DNA of 64,000 nt. Source: an uncultured delta proteobacterium. Lineage in GTDB: Bacteria; Desulfobacterota; Desulfobacteria; Desulfobacterales; B30-G6. This document shows positions 19,520-28,997 of this stretch, in pieces (position 1 is the stretch's first letter; each line of letters opens with the position of its first letter). The translations under genes were made by a program, and so were the position numbers. The notes below the pieces were generated by a model. That model was not told where the DNA came from and made no database searches. It saw only the letters and a list, made by a program, of their open reading frames with translations. Location: contig CAWGLD010000005.1 in NCBI GenBank assembly GCA_963823335.1, positions 416,001 to 480,000 on the forward strand, written 5' to 3'.

Positions 19520-20084
19520 AGCTGTTAACGACCTTTGTATTATCGATGTTTGTTACCCTGTCTGAAAAATTGTCAAAATGTGCATGAATATGGCCGTGGA
19601 TAAAATATTTTGGTGCATAACGATTGATAAGCCAGTTGAAACTTTTAAATCCCTTGTGGCAGCGATCTTCTGCGTCATGCACATGCCTTGGCGGGGCGTG
19701 TGAGACAACTACGTCAACGCCATTTTTCCACCACAGACCTATCTTTAATCTGCGAACAATCCGACGCATTTGTCGTTCGCTATATTGATTCGGACCACCG
19801 TTGTACCATCGGGATCCTTCAAGCCCTAGAATTTTAACACCCTTGAACTGAACCAGCCTTCCATGGATGTTAACGCATCCATCGGGTGGTTTGAGATCGT
19901 AACGGATATCATGGTTGCCTTTTATGAAATAAAGCGGTGCCTGAATCCGGTTGGATATCGTTGTCAAGTATTCGGGCGGCAGGTCTCCGCAGGAGAGTAT
20001 CAGATCGATCTCAGAAAAATGGTTCGGGTCGAAGGAATCATTGAGAATCGGTTCAACACGATCTGAAACAGTCAAAATTTTCAT
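19488..20084 (-). CDS. Calcineurin-like metallophosphoesterase
   Basis: VSD, CGD, KGNHD, SHAPP, HGHIH motifs; start set at MKILTVSD; overlaps the next gene by 32 nt. Confidence 0.9.
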   Translation of the reverse strand: MKILTVSDRVEPILNDSFDPNHFSEIDLILSCGDLPPEYLTTISNRIQAPLYFIKGNHDIRYDLKPPDGCVNIHGRLVQFKGVKILGLEGSRWYNGGPNQYSERQMRRIVRRLKIGLWWKNGVDVVVSHAPPRHVHDAEDRCHKGFKSFNWLINRYAPKYFIHGHIHAHFDNFSDRVTNIDNTKVVNSYGYTILEINI

Positions 20085-20223
20085 ACATTTATTATTGTTA
20101 CGTCTGGTCGCCATGTCACTATCCCGAAAGTTCATGCGTTTATAAAACATTACCATAAGTAAAGCCTCCTTGGCGACACATATTTGATGTATGGGTTCAG
20201 AACCTATGCGGATGATATTTTTC

Positions 20224-20252
20224 TTGACAAATTCAGGGGAACCGCTTAAAAA
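20224..20252 (+). promoter_or_regulatory. Putative sigma70 promoter of the bam operon (about 200-nt leader)
   Basis: TTGACA-17 nt-TAAAAA. Confidence 0.5.
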
Positions 20253-20460
20253 GCTTTAATATAATTATAATATAGCTGGTTTGTAGCCATTAAACGCTTG
20301 CGGATTGAAGAGCAAGCTGCACCGAATATTTTGCCTGACGGCAACGCTTTGAAACCCGGTAAGGGTTTTCGCTATCTGATTGCGCTTGTAAATCCCGTAA
20401 TAAGCTAGGGGGAGTACACCCGCTCTTACCGGTTCAAGTAAATATAGAAGGGGAAAAGAA

Positions 20461-22452
20461 ATGAGGTACGCAGAGACGGGCTTTAATTTAGAGGTGGATC
20501 TCACCAGGGGAAATATAGAGAGGGTTCCAACAGACCCAAAAGACACGGCGCTTTATCTGGGGGGCCTGGGTACGAATGCCAAGATATTATGGGATAGGGT
20601 TCCTCCGGAAGTTGAACCCTTTTCCCCGGACAATCTACTTATATTTGCAGCAGGCTTATTATGTGGCACACCTGCTACCGGATGTAATCGTACCATTGTA
20701 TCAACGATCTCTCCCCAGACCAGGTTGATGGCATTTTCAATGATGGGCGGATTTTGGGCACCAGAGCTGAAATATGCCGGTTATGACAAAGTGATTCTTC
20801 GCGGTAAGTCAAAAGACCTGGTATATTTATGGATACATAATGACAAAGTAGAAATACGTGATGCCTCTCATTTGCAAGGTAAAGGCTCTAATGAGACAGC
20901 AGAACTTATAAAAAAGGAATTGAAGCAACCTAAAGCTCAGGTGGCGGCCATTGGTCTGGCTGGTGAGAACAGGGTCTATTTTGCTTCCATCGAGCAGGGG
21001 CGGTCCAGTGCCAGTCGTGGGGGAATCGGGGCCGTAATGGGAGACAAAGGGGTAAAGGCAATCGTTGTCCGGGGAACAAATGATATTAGCGTCGCCCAAC
21101 CTGCAGAATACATGGCACTTTGCAACGAAGTACTGGAATATATCAAATTCCGAGAAAAAAACCCCATTCCCGGTGTTATCCCCATTTTATCTGTACTTGG
21201 ATCACCTCAGGAGATGGCGATTCATGATGAGAAGTGGCACACAGAAAATTTTTCCTGGGGAAACTCCCGAGTTCGCAGAAAAGATTTTTGGAACGATGAC
21301 ATCGCTGAAGAGTGGAAGGAAACATTGCATAATGCGCGGACACGACTGATAAGCTGCCATAACTGCCCGATGAAATGCGGGGCGACACTTTCCATGCCCG
21401 GGCTTCCGACCTACATGATGAAGTGCTTTACGAAACTCACTTATACCATGGCGGCCATGTCAAACCTGGAGTTTGGCTTAACCATCGCACAACGCGCTAC
21501 GGAATATGGTGTGGACGGATACTCAGCACCGCAAGTGATGGCCTTTGCTTTGGAGCTTTATGAAGCGGGTATCTTTACAGATAATGACCTGGAAGGGATG
21601 CCGTCCAAAACCGAAGACAGATTTTTCTGGTTGCTTGACAAGATTGTTCGCCGGGAAGGTGTCGGTGATGTATTGGCAAATGGCACTTACTGGGCTGCCA
21701 AAGAAATCGGTAAGGGTGCTGAAGAATATGCACACAACAATATTAAGAAACATGAGCAGCTGCCGCTCAAGCTAGGCATGCTGAACCCCATCTATTTCCT
21801 GATGTATTGTACAGGAGAAAAAATAAATATTACCCAGATTGAAGGGCAGTTTCCCCAAGGGCCTTTTCCCAAAAGAGAACACAGAGAAAAGTTTGTAAAG
21901 GATTGGTTCCAAGTCCCTGATGATAGATTCAAGCAGTATTTTCTGGACTGGGAACCCCGCGGAGAGAACTCGATGCCATATTATCCTACAGTTGAAATGA
22001 CGTGTGACATCGTCGACTGGATGGAGAGAATGCACTACATCGATGATGCCCTGGGTATGTGCGCCGGTCTGTCATCATTTCATCTGAAACCTCCCTATCA
22101 TATTCACAATTATCCGAAATTTATCTCCGCCGGTGCCGGGATTGATATGGATGAAGATAAACTGACTCAGGCCGCCAAGCGGTACCGCACGTTAATTCGA
22201 GCCATCAATATCAGAAGAGGTATGCGGAGGAAAGATGAGAGACCGCCCGAAGACCACTGGAAGAAAAGAATCCCAGAACTTGAAAAAGAGCTCCTCGATA
22301 CCTATTACCAATACAAAGGCTGGAATATCGAGGGGATTCCTACCAAAGCGTCCTTACATGAAATGGGTCTGGATTATGTGAGTGAAGACTTTTTAAAAAG
22401 AGGAATTTTGACGGATACTGCCGAGGATTCTTCTCAGGATGAAATAAAGTAA
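20461..22452 (+). CDS. bamB: Class II benzoyl-CoA reductase, W-pterin catalytic subunit (AOR family)
   Basis: Closely matches Geobacter BamB as I recall it (MRYAETG...YLGGLGTNAKILWDRVPPEVEPFSP); active-site segments SPQEMxxHDEKWHTENF and MMKCFTKL retained; full bamC-I downstream. Confidence 0.93.
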   Translation: MRYAETGFNLEVDLTRGNIERVPTDPKDTALYLGGLGTNAKILWDRVPPEVEPFSPDNLLIFAAGLLCGTPATGCNRTIVSTISPQTRLMAFSMMGGFWAPELKYAGYDKVILRGKSKDLVYLWIHNDKVEIRDASHLQGKGSNETAELIKKELKQPKAQVAAIGLAGENRVYFASIEQGRSSASRGGIGAVMGDKGVKAIVVRGTNDISVAQPAEYMALCNEVLEYIKFREKNPIPGVIPILSVLGSPQEMAIHDEKWHTENFSWGNSRVRRKDFWNDDIAEEWKETLHNARTRLISCHNCPMKCGATLSMPGLPTYMMKCFTKLTYTMAAMSNLEFGLTIAQRATEYGVDGYSAPQVMAFALELYEAGIFTDNDLEGMPSKTEDRFFWLLDKIVRREGVGDVLANGTYWAAKEIGKGAEEYAHNNIKKHEQLPLKLGMLNPIYFLMYCTGEKINITQIEGQFPQGPFPKREHREKFVKDWFQVPDDRFKQYFLDWEPRGENSMPYYPTVEMTCDIVDWMERMHYIDDALGMCAGLSSFHLKPPYHIHNYPKFISAGAGIDMDEDKLTQAAKRYRTLIRAINIRRGMRRKDERPPEDHWKKRIPELEKELLDTYYQYKGWNIEGIPTKASLHEMGLDYVSEDFLKRGILTDTAEDSSQDEIK

Positions 22453-22462
22453 GGGGGAAACC

Positions 22463-23005
22463 GTGACGGGCGACAAGAAAACCAAAACTAAAACGATTAA
22501 AACCATAAGGGTTGATGTCGATAAATGCAATGGCTGCAAGGCGTGTGAAGTTATCTGCTCTGCGTTTCATGCGGCCCCAAAGTATAGCAGCAACAATCCA
22601 GCAAGGTCGCGTATTCGGGTGATTCGTGAACCATATACCGATATATATGTACCGGTATATGCGGGTGAATACACACCAGCCGAATGTGCAGGCAGAGACA
22701 AGTATACCATCGATGGAAAGGAATATGACGAATGCGCCTTCTGTCGGGCCTCCTGCCCATCCAGGGACGAGTTCAAAGAACCGGATTCCGGTCTTCCATT
22801 GAAATGTGATATGTGTGAAGGCGAAGAAGAGCCCATGTGTGTAAAATGGTGTCTTGCAGATGCCTTGATTTATGAAGAAAGGCAAGAGGAAGTCCAGGAA
22901 GAGCTCGAACAGGAAGAGCTCGAAATCGGGTTGGAATCACTGGCCGACAAATATGGAATGGACAAGATAATGGATGCTGTATCGCGGATGAAAAAGAAGG
23001 TATAG
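22463..23005 (+). CDS. bamC: BCR II Fe-S subunit
   Basis: CNGCKACEVIC, CAFCRASCP, KCDMC...PMCVKWC; follows bamB. Confidence 0.9.
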   Translation: MTGDKKTKTKTIKTIRVDVDKCNGCKACEVICSAFHAAPKYSSNNPARSRIRVIREPYTDIYVPVYAGEYTPAECAGRDKYTIDGKEYDECAFCRASCPSRDEFKEPDSGLPLKCDMCEGEEEPMCVKWCLADALIYEERQEEVQEELEQEELEIGLESLADKYGMDKIMDAVSRMKKKV

Positions 23006-23070
23006 GATTCTATCGGCCGGGTACAGTCTCTTAATGGTAAGTATTATGCATTTTGTGAAAGAAAAAATCC

Positions 23071-23245
23071 ATCACGAAAACACGAAACTTTAAAAACACG
23101 AAATTAAAAAAAAGGGTTTCACCCATTTGGAATATTGGGATGATGGAATGGAATTGGATTCAGAAACGAAAGATATTTCGTGGTTTCGGTCTTTCGTGAT
23201 TTCGTGATAAAAAACAGTGCTCCTTTCCGGATCATCCGGATTGGG
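23071..23245 (+). repeat. CACGAAA-family repeat R2 between bamC and bamD
   Basis: atcacgaaaacacgaaa...tttcgtgatttcgtgat plus tail ccggatcatccggattggg. Confidence 0.8.
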
Positions 23246-23276
23246 TTTCAAGAAAATTAGAGGGAAAATAGCGAAC

Positions 23277-24437
23277 GTGGAGACTGTAGCCCCCTTCAAA
23301 GAAGTACTTGATGAGATAAAAGAGGCTGGTGGAGATGCCTTCAAGTTATGTTTTCAATGCGGATTGTGCGATGTTGTCTGTCCATGGAACAGGGTGAGGC
23401 AGTTCAGCATGCGCAAGATAATCCGGGAGGCCACTTTCGGTTTGACAGAGATAGAAGGTGAAGATATCTGGCGATGTACCACCTGCGGAAGATGTCCTGA
23501 TCAATGTCCAAGGGGTGTAAAACAGATAGAGCTTGGCGTTTCTTTACGAAGGGTTGCCACGGAATACGAGGTTTTTCCTAACTCGGTGCGTTCTGCCCGT
23601 ACAGCCAGAGCAAGTCTTATTTCGGAAGGCAACCCCTTGCAGGGAGAGGGGAAAAAGCGTGCGGACTGGGCCAAGGACCTGTCGGTAAAAACGTTCAAAG
23701 AGGGAATGGATGTTTTGTATTTTGTCGGCTGTTATCTAAGTTATGACCCAAGAATGAAAAAAGTAGCTGTTGCTACAGTAAATATTCTAAACCAAGCAGG
23801 GGTGGCTTTCGGTATTTTAGGTGACAAGGAAAAGTGCTGTGGAGAGAGTATTCGTAAAACAGGCAGTGAGGATGTTTTCAAAAGCCTGGCCAGGGAGAAT
23901 ATTAAAACGTTCATTGACAATGGCGTAAAAAAAATCATTGTTTCTTCGCCTCATTGCTACCACACCTTAAAAAACGAGTATCCCGAATTTATGGTAAACT
24001 TTGAGGTGGTCCATATTTCCCAATATCTAACTGAGCTTTTGGATGAGGGCAGACTTGAACTTTCTGGGACCTATGAGAAGAAAGTTACCTATCATGACCC
24101 CTGTTATCTGGGTCGACATAACGACATATATAATGAACCCCGGGATATTTTAGATAAAATACCGGGTTTAGAACTAATTGAAATGGTTGATTTTCGCAAA
24201 GGCAGTCTCTGTTGCGGCGGGGGAGGGGGAAGAATTTGGATGGACACGCCAAGGGGAGAAAGATTTTCCGACCTTAGATTGGAACAGGCAAAAGAAGTTG
24301 GGGCTGATGTGCTGGTTACCGCCTGTCCATACTGTATCACCAATTTTGAGGAAAGCCGTCTTAACCTTGCCTATGAAGACATTTTGGAGATCAAAGATAT
24401 TACGGAAATCATCCAGGAAGTAACACGACGAACCTGA
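23277..24437 (+). CDS. bamD: BCR II HdrC/HdrB-like subunit (2x4Fe-4S + 2 CCG domains)
   Basis: [47 protein letters not shown] start after AGGGG. Confidence 0.88.
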   Translation: METVAPFKEVLDEIKEAGGDAFKLCFQCGLCDVVCPWNRVRQFSMRKIIREATFGLTEIEGEDIWRCTTCGRCPDQCPRGVKQIELGVSLRRVATEYEVFPNSVRSARTARASLISEGNPLQGEGKKRADWAKDLSVKTFKEGMDVLYFVGCYLSYDPRMKKVAVATVNILNQAGVAFGILGDKEKCCGESIRKTGSEDVFKSLARENIKTFIDNGVKKIIVSSPHCYHTLKNEYPEFMVNFEVVHISQYLTELLDEGRLELSGTYEKKVTYHDPCYLGRHNDIYNEPRDILDKIPGLELIEMVDFRKGSLCCGGGGGRIWMDTPRGERFSDLRLEQAKEVGADVLVTACPYCITNFEESRLNLAYEDILEIKDITEIIQEVTRRT

Positions 24438-24451
24438 CGAGGTGCTATAAA

Positions 24452-27400
24452 GTGGAAAACGAAGTATTGCCAAGAGAAATCGTGCAACAGATATCCGGAA
24501 GTCTTGGGGACAGTAATTTTGGAGACGTACTGGTTGTTGGGGGAGGAGTCAGCGGTATTCAAGCCTCTCTTGATCTTGCCAGTGCTGGTTTTAAGGTGTA
24601 TCTGATTGAGAAAGGACCGAGCATTGGTGGACATATGGCCCAGCTCGACAAGACCTTTCCAACCAATGACTGCTCCATGTGAATTCTCTCTCCCAAACTG
24701 GTCGAGGTCGGCCGGCATCCAAACATAGAGGTTTTGACATATACCGAAGTTAATGGTGTAGATGGAGAGTCAGGCGATTTCAAAGTGTCCCTGACCCAGA
24801 AACCAAGATATATCATTGAGGAAAAATGTACGGGTTGTACGACCTGCGTGGAGTATTGTCCGGTTGAGTACCCTGATCACTTCAACCAGGAAATATCGAA
24901 GAATAAAGCCGTCCACGTATACTTCTCTCAGGCAATTCCCCTAATTACCTATATCGATGAAAGCTGTCTTTTCCTTAAAGAGAAAAAATGTGATATCTGC
25001 AGAAGCGTTTGCAAGACCGGCGCCATTGATTTCAACCAAACAGCGAAGACGTTAGAGGTAAAGGTCGGGGCCATAATTCTGTCAACCGGCATTGAACCTT
25101 TTGATCCCAAGGTGAAAGATGAGTATTACTACGGTAAGATGGACAATGTGGTCACCAGTATGGACTATGAACGGCTGTTATCCTCCACCGGGCCTTATGA
25201 AGGTAAGGTGTTGCGTACTTCCGACCAGAAACATCCCCAGAAAATTGCCTGGATTCAATGCGTCGGTTCCAGACGGGTAACCCTGAACGAGAACAGCTAT
25301 TGTTCAGGTGTTTGCTGTACTTATACGCAGAAGCAGGTGATTCTGACAAAAGATCATGAAACGGAAACTGCGTGCACCATATTCCATAACGATATTCGTT
25401 CACATGGTAAGGATTTTGAACGATACTACCAAAGAGCGGAGCAGCTTCCCGGGGTCCGGTTTATAAGAAGCTATGCATCGATAATAAGAGAGATCCCGGA
25501 AAGCAAAAATGTTGTCGTAAGATACGCGACACCTGACCAGGGTGTCAAAGAAGAAGAATTCGATATGGTGGTATTGTCCGTTGGATTGAATCCATCGGCA
25601 GATCATGAGGCACTGGCTGATAAATTTGGAATCGAACTCAATTCGCACGGATTTTCCAAATCAACGCATGCCAATCCCATGTCGACCACCCGGCCTGGAA
25701 TTTTTGTAAGTGGCGCATTTCAGGGGCCAACCGATATTCCCGAATCTGTTTTCAGTGCCAGTGCGGCTGGTGCCCAATGTGGTGAATCCCTTGACTACAG
25801 GCGTGGGAAACTGGCCAAGGAAAGGATATATCCAATTGAAAGGGATGTCTCCCAGGAGGCACCGAAGATAGGCGTCTTTGTGTGTCATTGCGGGGCGAAT
25901 ATCGGCAGCGTGGTCAATGTTCCTTCCACTGTTGAATATGCCTTAACTTTACCTAATGTTGTTTATGCTCAGGAACAGTTGTTTTCATGTGCCACCAATT
26001 CGGCCGAGGAGATCACCAGTCTTGCCAAGGAGAAAGGGCTCAATCGTGTGGTTATCGGTGCCTGCTCTCCCAGGACCCTCGAACCGTTATTCCGGGACAC
26101 CCTTCGGGAAGCAGGTTTGAATCAGTACTACTGTGATATGGCGAATATCAGGGAACATTGCTCCTGGGTCCACTCCAAGCAAAAGGAAGCCGCAACTGAA
26201 AAGGCAAAAGATATCATCCGCATGTCGGTGGCACGGGCGCGTTATTTGGAGCCATTACAGGAATTTGACCTGCCCGTAAACAAGAGAGCCCTGGTGGTCG
26301 GTGGCGGTATAGCCGGTATGACCTGTGCACTTTCTATCGCCAGCCAGGGGCATGAAGTTCACCTGGTTGAAAAGGATAAAGACCTGGGGGGAATGGCACG
26401 CAGAATTCACACCACCCTGGAAGGAATGGATGTTCAAGCCTATTTGAATGATGTGATACGTGCAGTTTATAACAACCCCTTGATACATGTATCCCATGAA
26501 GCCACCATCAAGGAAGTTGCCGGTTATGTGGGGAACTTCATTACCACGCTGGAAACTGAAGGCCGGCTTAAACAGATAAAACACGGTGCTTCCATTATCG
26601 CCATTGGTGCTGATGTGTATCAACCTACCGAGTACTTATACGGTACAAACGATCAGGTTTTCACCCACATCGAGCTGGGCGAACAAATCGCCAAGGGTGA
26701 AGAAAAGGTTTTAAATGCCAAGAGTCTGGTGATGATTCAATGTGTTGGCTGCAGAAATGAGGACAGAAATTACTGTAGCAGGGTATGTTGCAGTCATGCC
26801 GTAAAAAATGCCTTGAAACTAAAAGAGCAGAATCCCAGGATGGACATCTATATCATCTTCCGGGATATGAGAACGTATGGGTTCAGGGAGGATTATTATC
26901 GGGAAGCGTCAGAGAAAGAGGTCAGGTTCATCCGTTACGAACCGGATGATCCTCCCCAGGTGGAAGCTGTTGAAGAGGGTGGCCGGTCAATTATAAGAGT
27001 AACCGTCCCTGATCCCATATTAGGCCAACGGCTTGAGTTGGACGCCGATGTTCTTTCATTGGCTGCTGCGGTCATTCCCTCCGCATCGACAAAGGAAATG
27101 GCCGGATTATTCAAGGTAACATTGAGCCCGGACAACTTTTTCAAAGAAGCCCATGTCAAATTAAAACCTGTCGAGTTTGCTGCAGACGGCGTGTTCCTTT
27201 GTGGGACGGCTCACTATCCCAAGCACATACCGGAAACGATTAGCCAGGCTTATGGCGCTGCGGGCCGGGTTTTAACGCTTCTCTCAAAAGATACCGTTGT
27301 AGCTTCAGGATCTGTTTGCGAAGTGAATGAGCACAATTGCGTCTCGTGTGGTGCGTGTATTACCGCTTGCACCTATGATGCCATAGAATTTGTCGATACG

Positions 27401-27550
27401 CCCAAAGGTCTAAAGGCCTGGGTCAATCCGATTCTTTGTAAGGGGGATGGCGTCTGTAACGCAAAATGTCCCACCAATGCGATTGTGTTAAAGCATTTTA
27501 CCGATGAAGAGCTAATGAGCCAGATTGATGCAGCGGCTGAACTGGTATAG
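24452..27550 (+). CDS. bamE: BCR II HdrA-like flavoprotein, selenoprotein (Sec77, UGA at 24680-24682)
   Basis: Track ORFs 24452 and 24734 share a frame; read-through gives [25 protein letters not shown], the HdrA CxxC/U motif; two FAD-binding VVGGG motifs and ferredoxin inserts. Confidence 0.92.
24698..24715 (+). promoter_or_regulatory. Putative bacterial SECIS of bamE
   Basis: CTGGTCG-AGGT-CGGCCGG hairpin with a G/U apical loop, 15 nt after UGA. Confidence 0.65.
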
Positions 27551-27595
27551 ACGTATAAGCCATTTTTGAGACGTTAAACTAGGAGATGAAAATTA

Positions 27596-28363
27596 ATGAG
27601 TACAGATGCGCAATTCAATCCAAGGATACTCGGTTTTGTATGTCATTGGTGAGCATACGGCGCTGCCGACCTGGCTGGAGTTTCCAGACTGCAATATACA
27701 AATGAAATCAGGCTTATTCGCGTTATGTGTTCCGGCAGAGTCGATTTGGAATTTATTCTCAGAGCCTTCTCAAATGGACAAGACGGGGTGTTTATCGGTG
27801 GCTGCCGACTAAACGAATGCAATTATGTTACGCATGGAAACTACGATGCATTAAGCAACACACATATATGTAGAAAAATAGTGAAGCATATTGGCCTGAA
27901 CCCGGAAAGGCTGAGTATCGAATTCATGTCCGGCGCTGATGGGAATCTTCTGGCGGAAGTTACAAATAAATTCACCGAGAAGGTGAGGGCTTTAGGTCCT
28001 ATTGGCGATGGTGAAGGAATAGACAAAAACAGATTGAAGTTCAATCTTGAAGCGCTTAGGAAATTGGTTCCCTACATTAAACTTGTCGAAAGAGAAAAGC
28101 TGAGAGTGCCTTTTAAATCAGAAAAAGCATATAATGATTTTTACGAAAGCGACGAGGTCAACAGATTATTCAATGAGATAATCAGTGATAAACTGGCAAT
28201 AAGCCAAATCATGTTATTGTTGGAAGAAAAACCCCTCTCAACGAGCGACATCTCTGAAAAACTAGGTCTAAATCCATCTGAAGTGTCAAAGCATATGAGT
28301 CATTCATCCATGCATGGATTGGTGAGATACGATGTGAACCGGAATTGCTATGCTATTGCATAG
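27596..28363 (+). CDS. bamF: BCR II MvhD-like selenoprotein (Sec19, UGA at 27650-27652) with C-terminal winged HTH
   Basis: Manual extension from ATG 27596 (AGGAG RBS): MSTDAQFNPRILGFVCHW-U-AYGAADLAG...MCSGRVD...GC...CNY; in frame with track ORF 27725; hairpin ctgga-gtt-tccag at 27675-27687. Confidence 0.92.
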
Positions 28364-28399
28364 GTTTTATGTTTCCGGTGTTAAAACATAAACAATAAG

Positions 28400-28492
28400 A
28401 CGAAAACCGGAAAACACGAAATTTAACAAGGGTAATAATTTTGAGGTGCAATATTTATCGTGGTTTCGTCCTTTCGTGATTTAGCGATGAAA
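28400..28492 (+). repeat. Degenerate CACGAAA-family repeat R2 between bamF and bamG
   Basis: cgaaaaccggaaaacacgaaa...tcgtggtttcgtcctttcgtgat. Confidence 0.7.
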
Positions 28493-28535
28493 TCAGCATG
28501 ACTTAAACATAAAGGTCAGGATTGGGAAAGCGCTT

Positions 28536-28988
28536 ATGGATATGGATAGAATCGATCAGATTATTGATAAACACCAAGGTGAAGCAAGTTCCTTAATTCA
28601 AATATTACTGGATATTCAAAGCGAAAACCACTGGCTTCCCAAAGAAGCGTTGGAAAGAGTCCGCGAAAAGCTTGACGTTCCTACTAGCCGGATACAGCAT
28701 ATCGCCACCTTTTATAAGGCCTTCAGTTTGGTTCCAAAAGGACGCCACGAAGTTCATATTTGTGTGGGTACTGCCTGCCATGTTCGCGGTGCGACACGCA
28801 TCCTCGACACGGTGGAAGAAGCAACTGGAATCAAATCCGGAGAAACCGACCTGGATTTGAAATTTAGCCTGGAAACGGTTAATTGTCTCGGTTGCTGTGC
28901 CTTAGGTCCCGTATTGGAAGTCGATGGCAAGGTTCATGGTAAGATGTCGCCGGTCAAAACAGCCGATGTATTAAAAAATTATACGTAG
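28536..28988 (+). CDS. bamG: BCR II NuoE-like 2Fe-2S subunit
   Basis: ATFY, CVGTACHVRG, CLGCCALGP. Confidence 0.9.
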   Translation: MDMDRIDQIIDKHQGEASSLIQILLDIQSENHWLPKEALERVREKLDVPTSRIQHIATFYKAFSLVPKGRHEVHICVGTACHVRGATRILDTVEEATGIKSGETDLDLKFSLETVNCLGCCALGPVLEVDGKVHGKMSPVKTADVLKNYT

Positions 28989-28997
28989 GGGAGAATT

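Noticed and set aside
20259-20460. Moco/Wco riboswitch upstream of bamB
   Set aside because: I could not match the consensus by eye; kept only as an unclassified structured leader
24435-24437. bamD terminal TGA as a third Sec codon
   Set aside because: It falls at the expected end of the CCG domain, has no Cys context, and is followed by the bamE RBS and an in-frame stop
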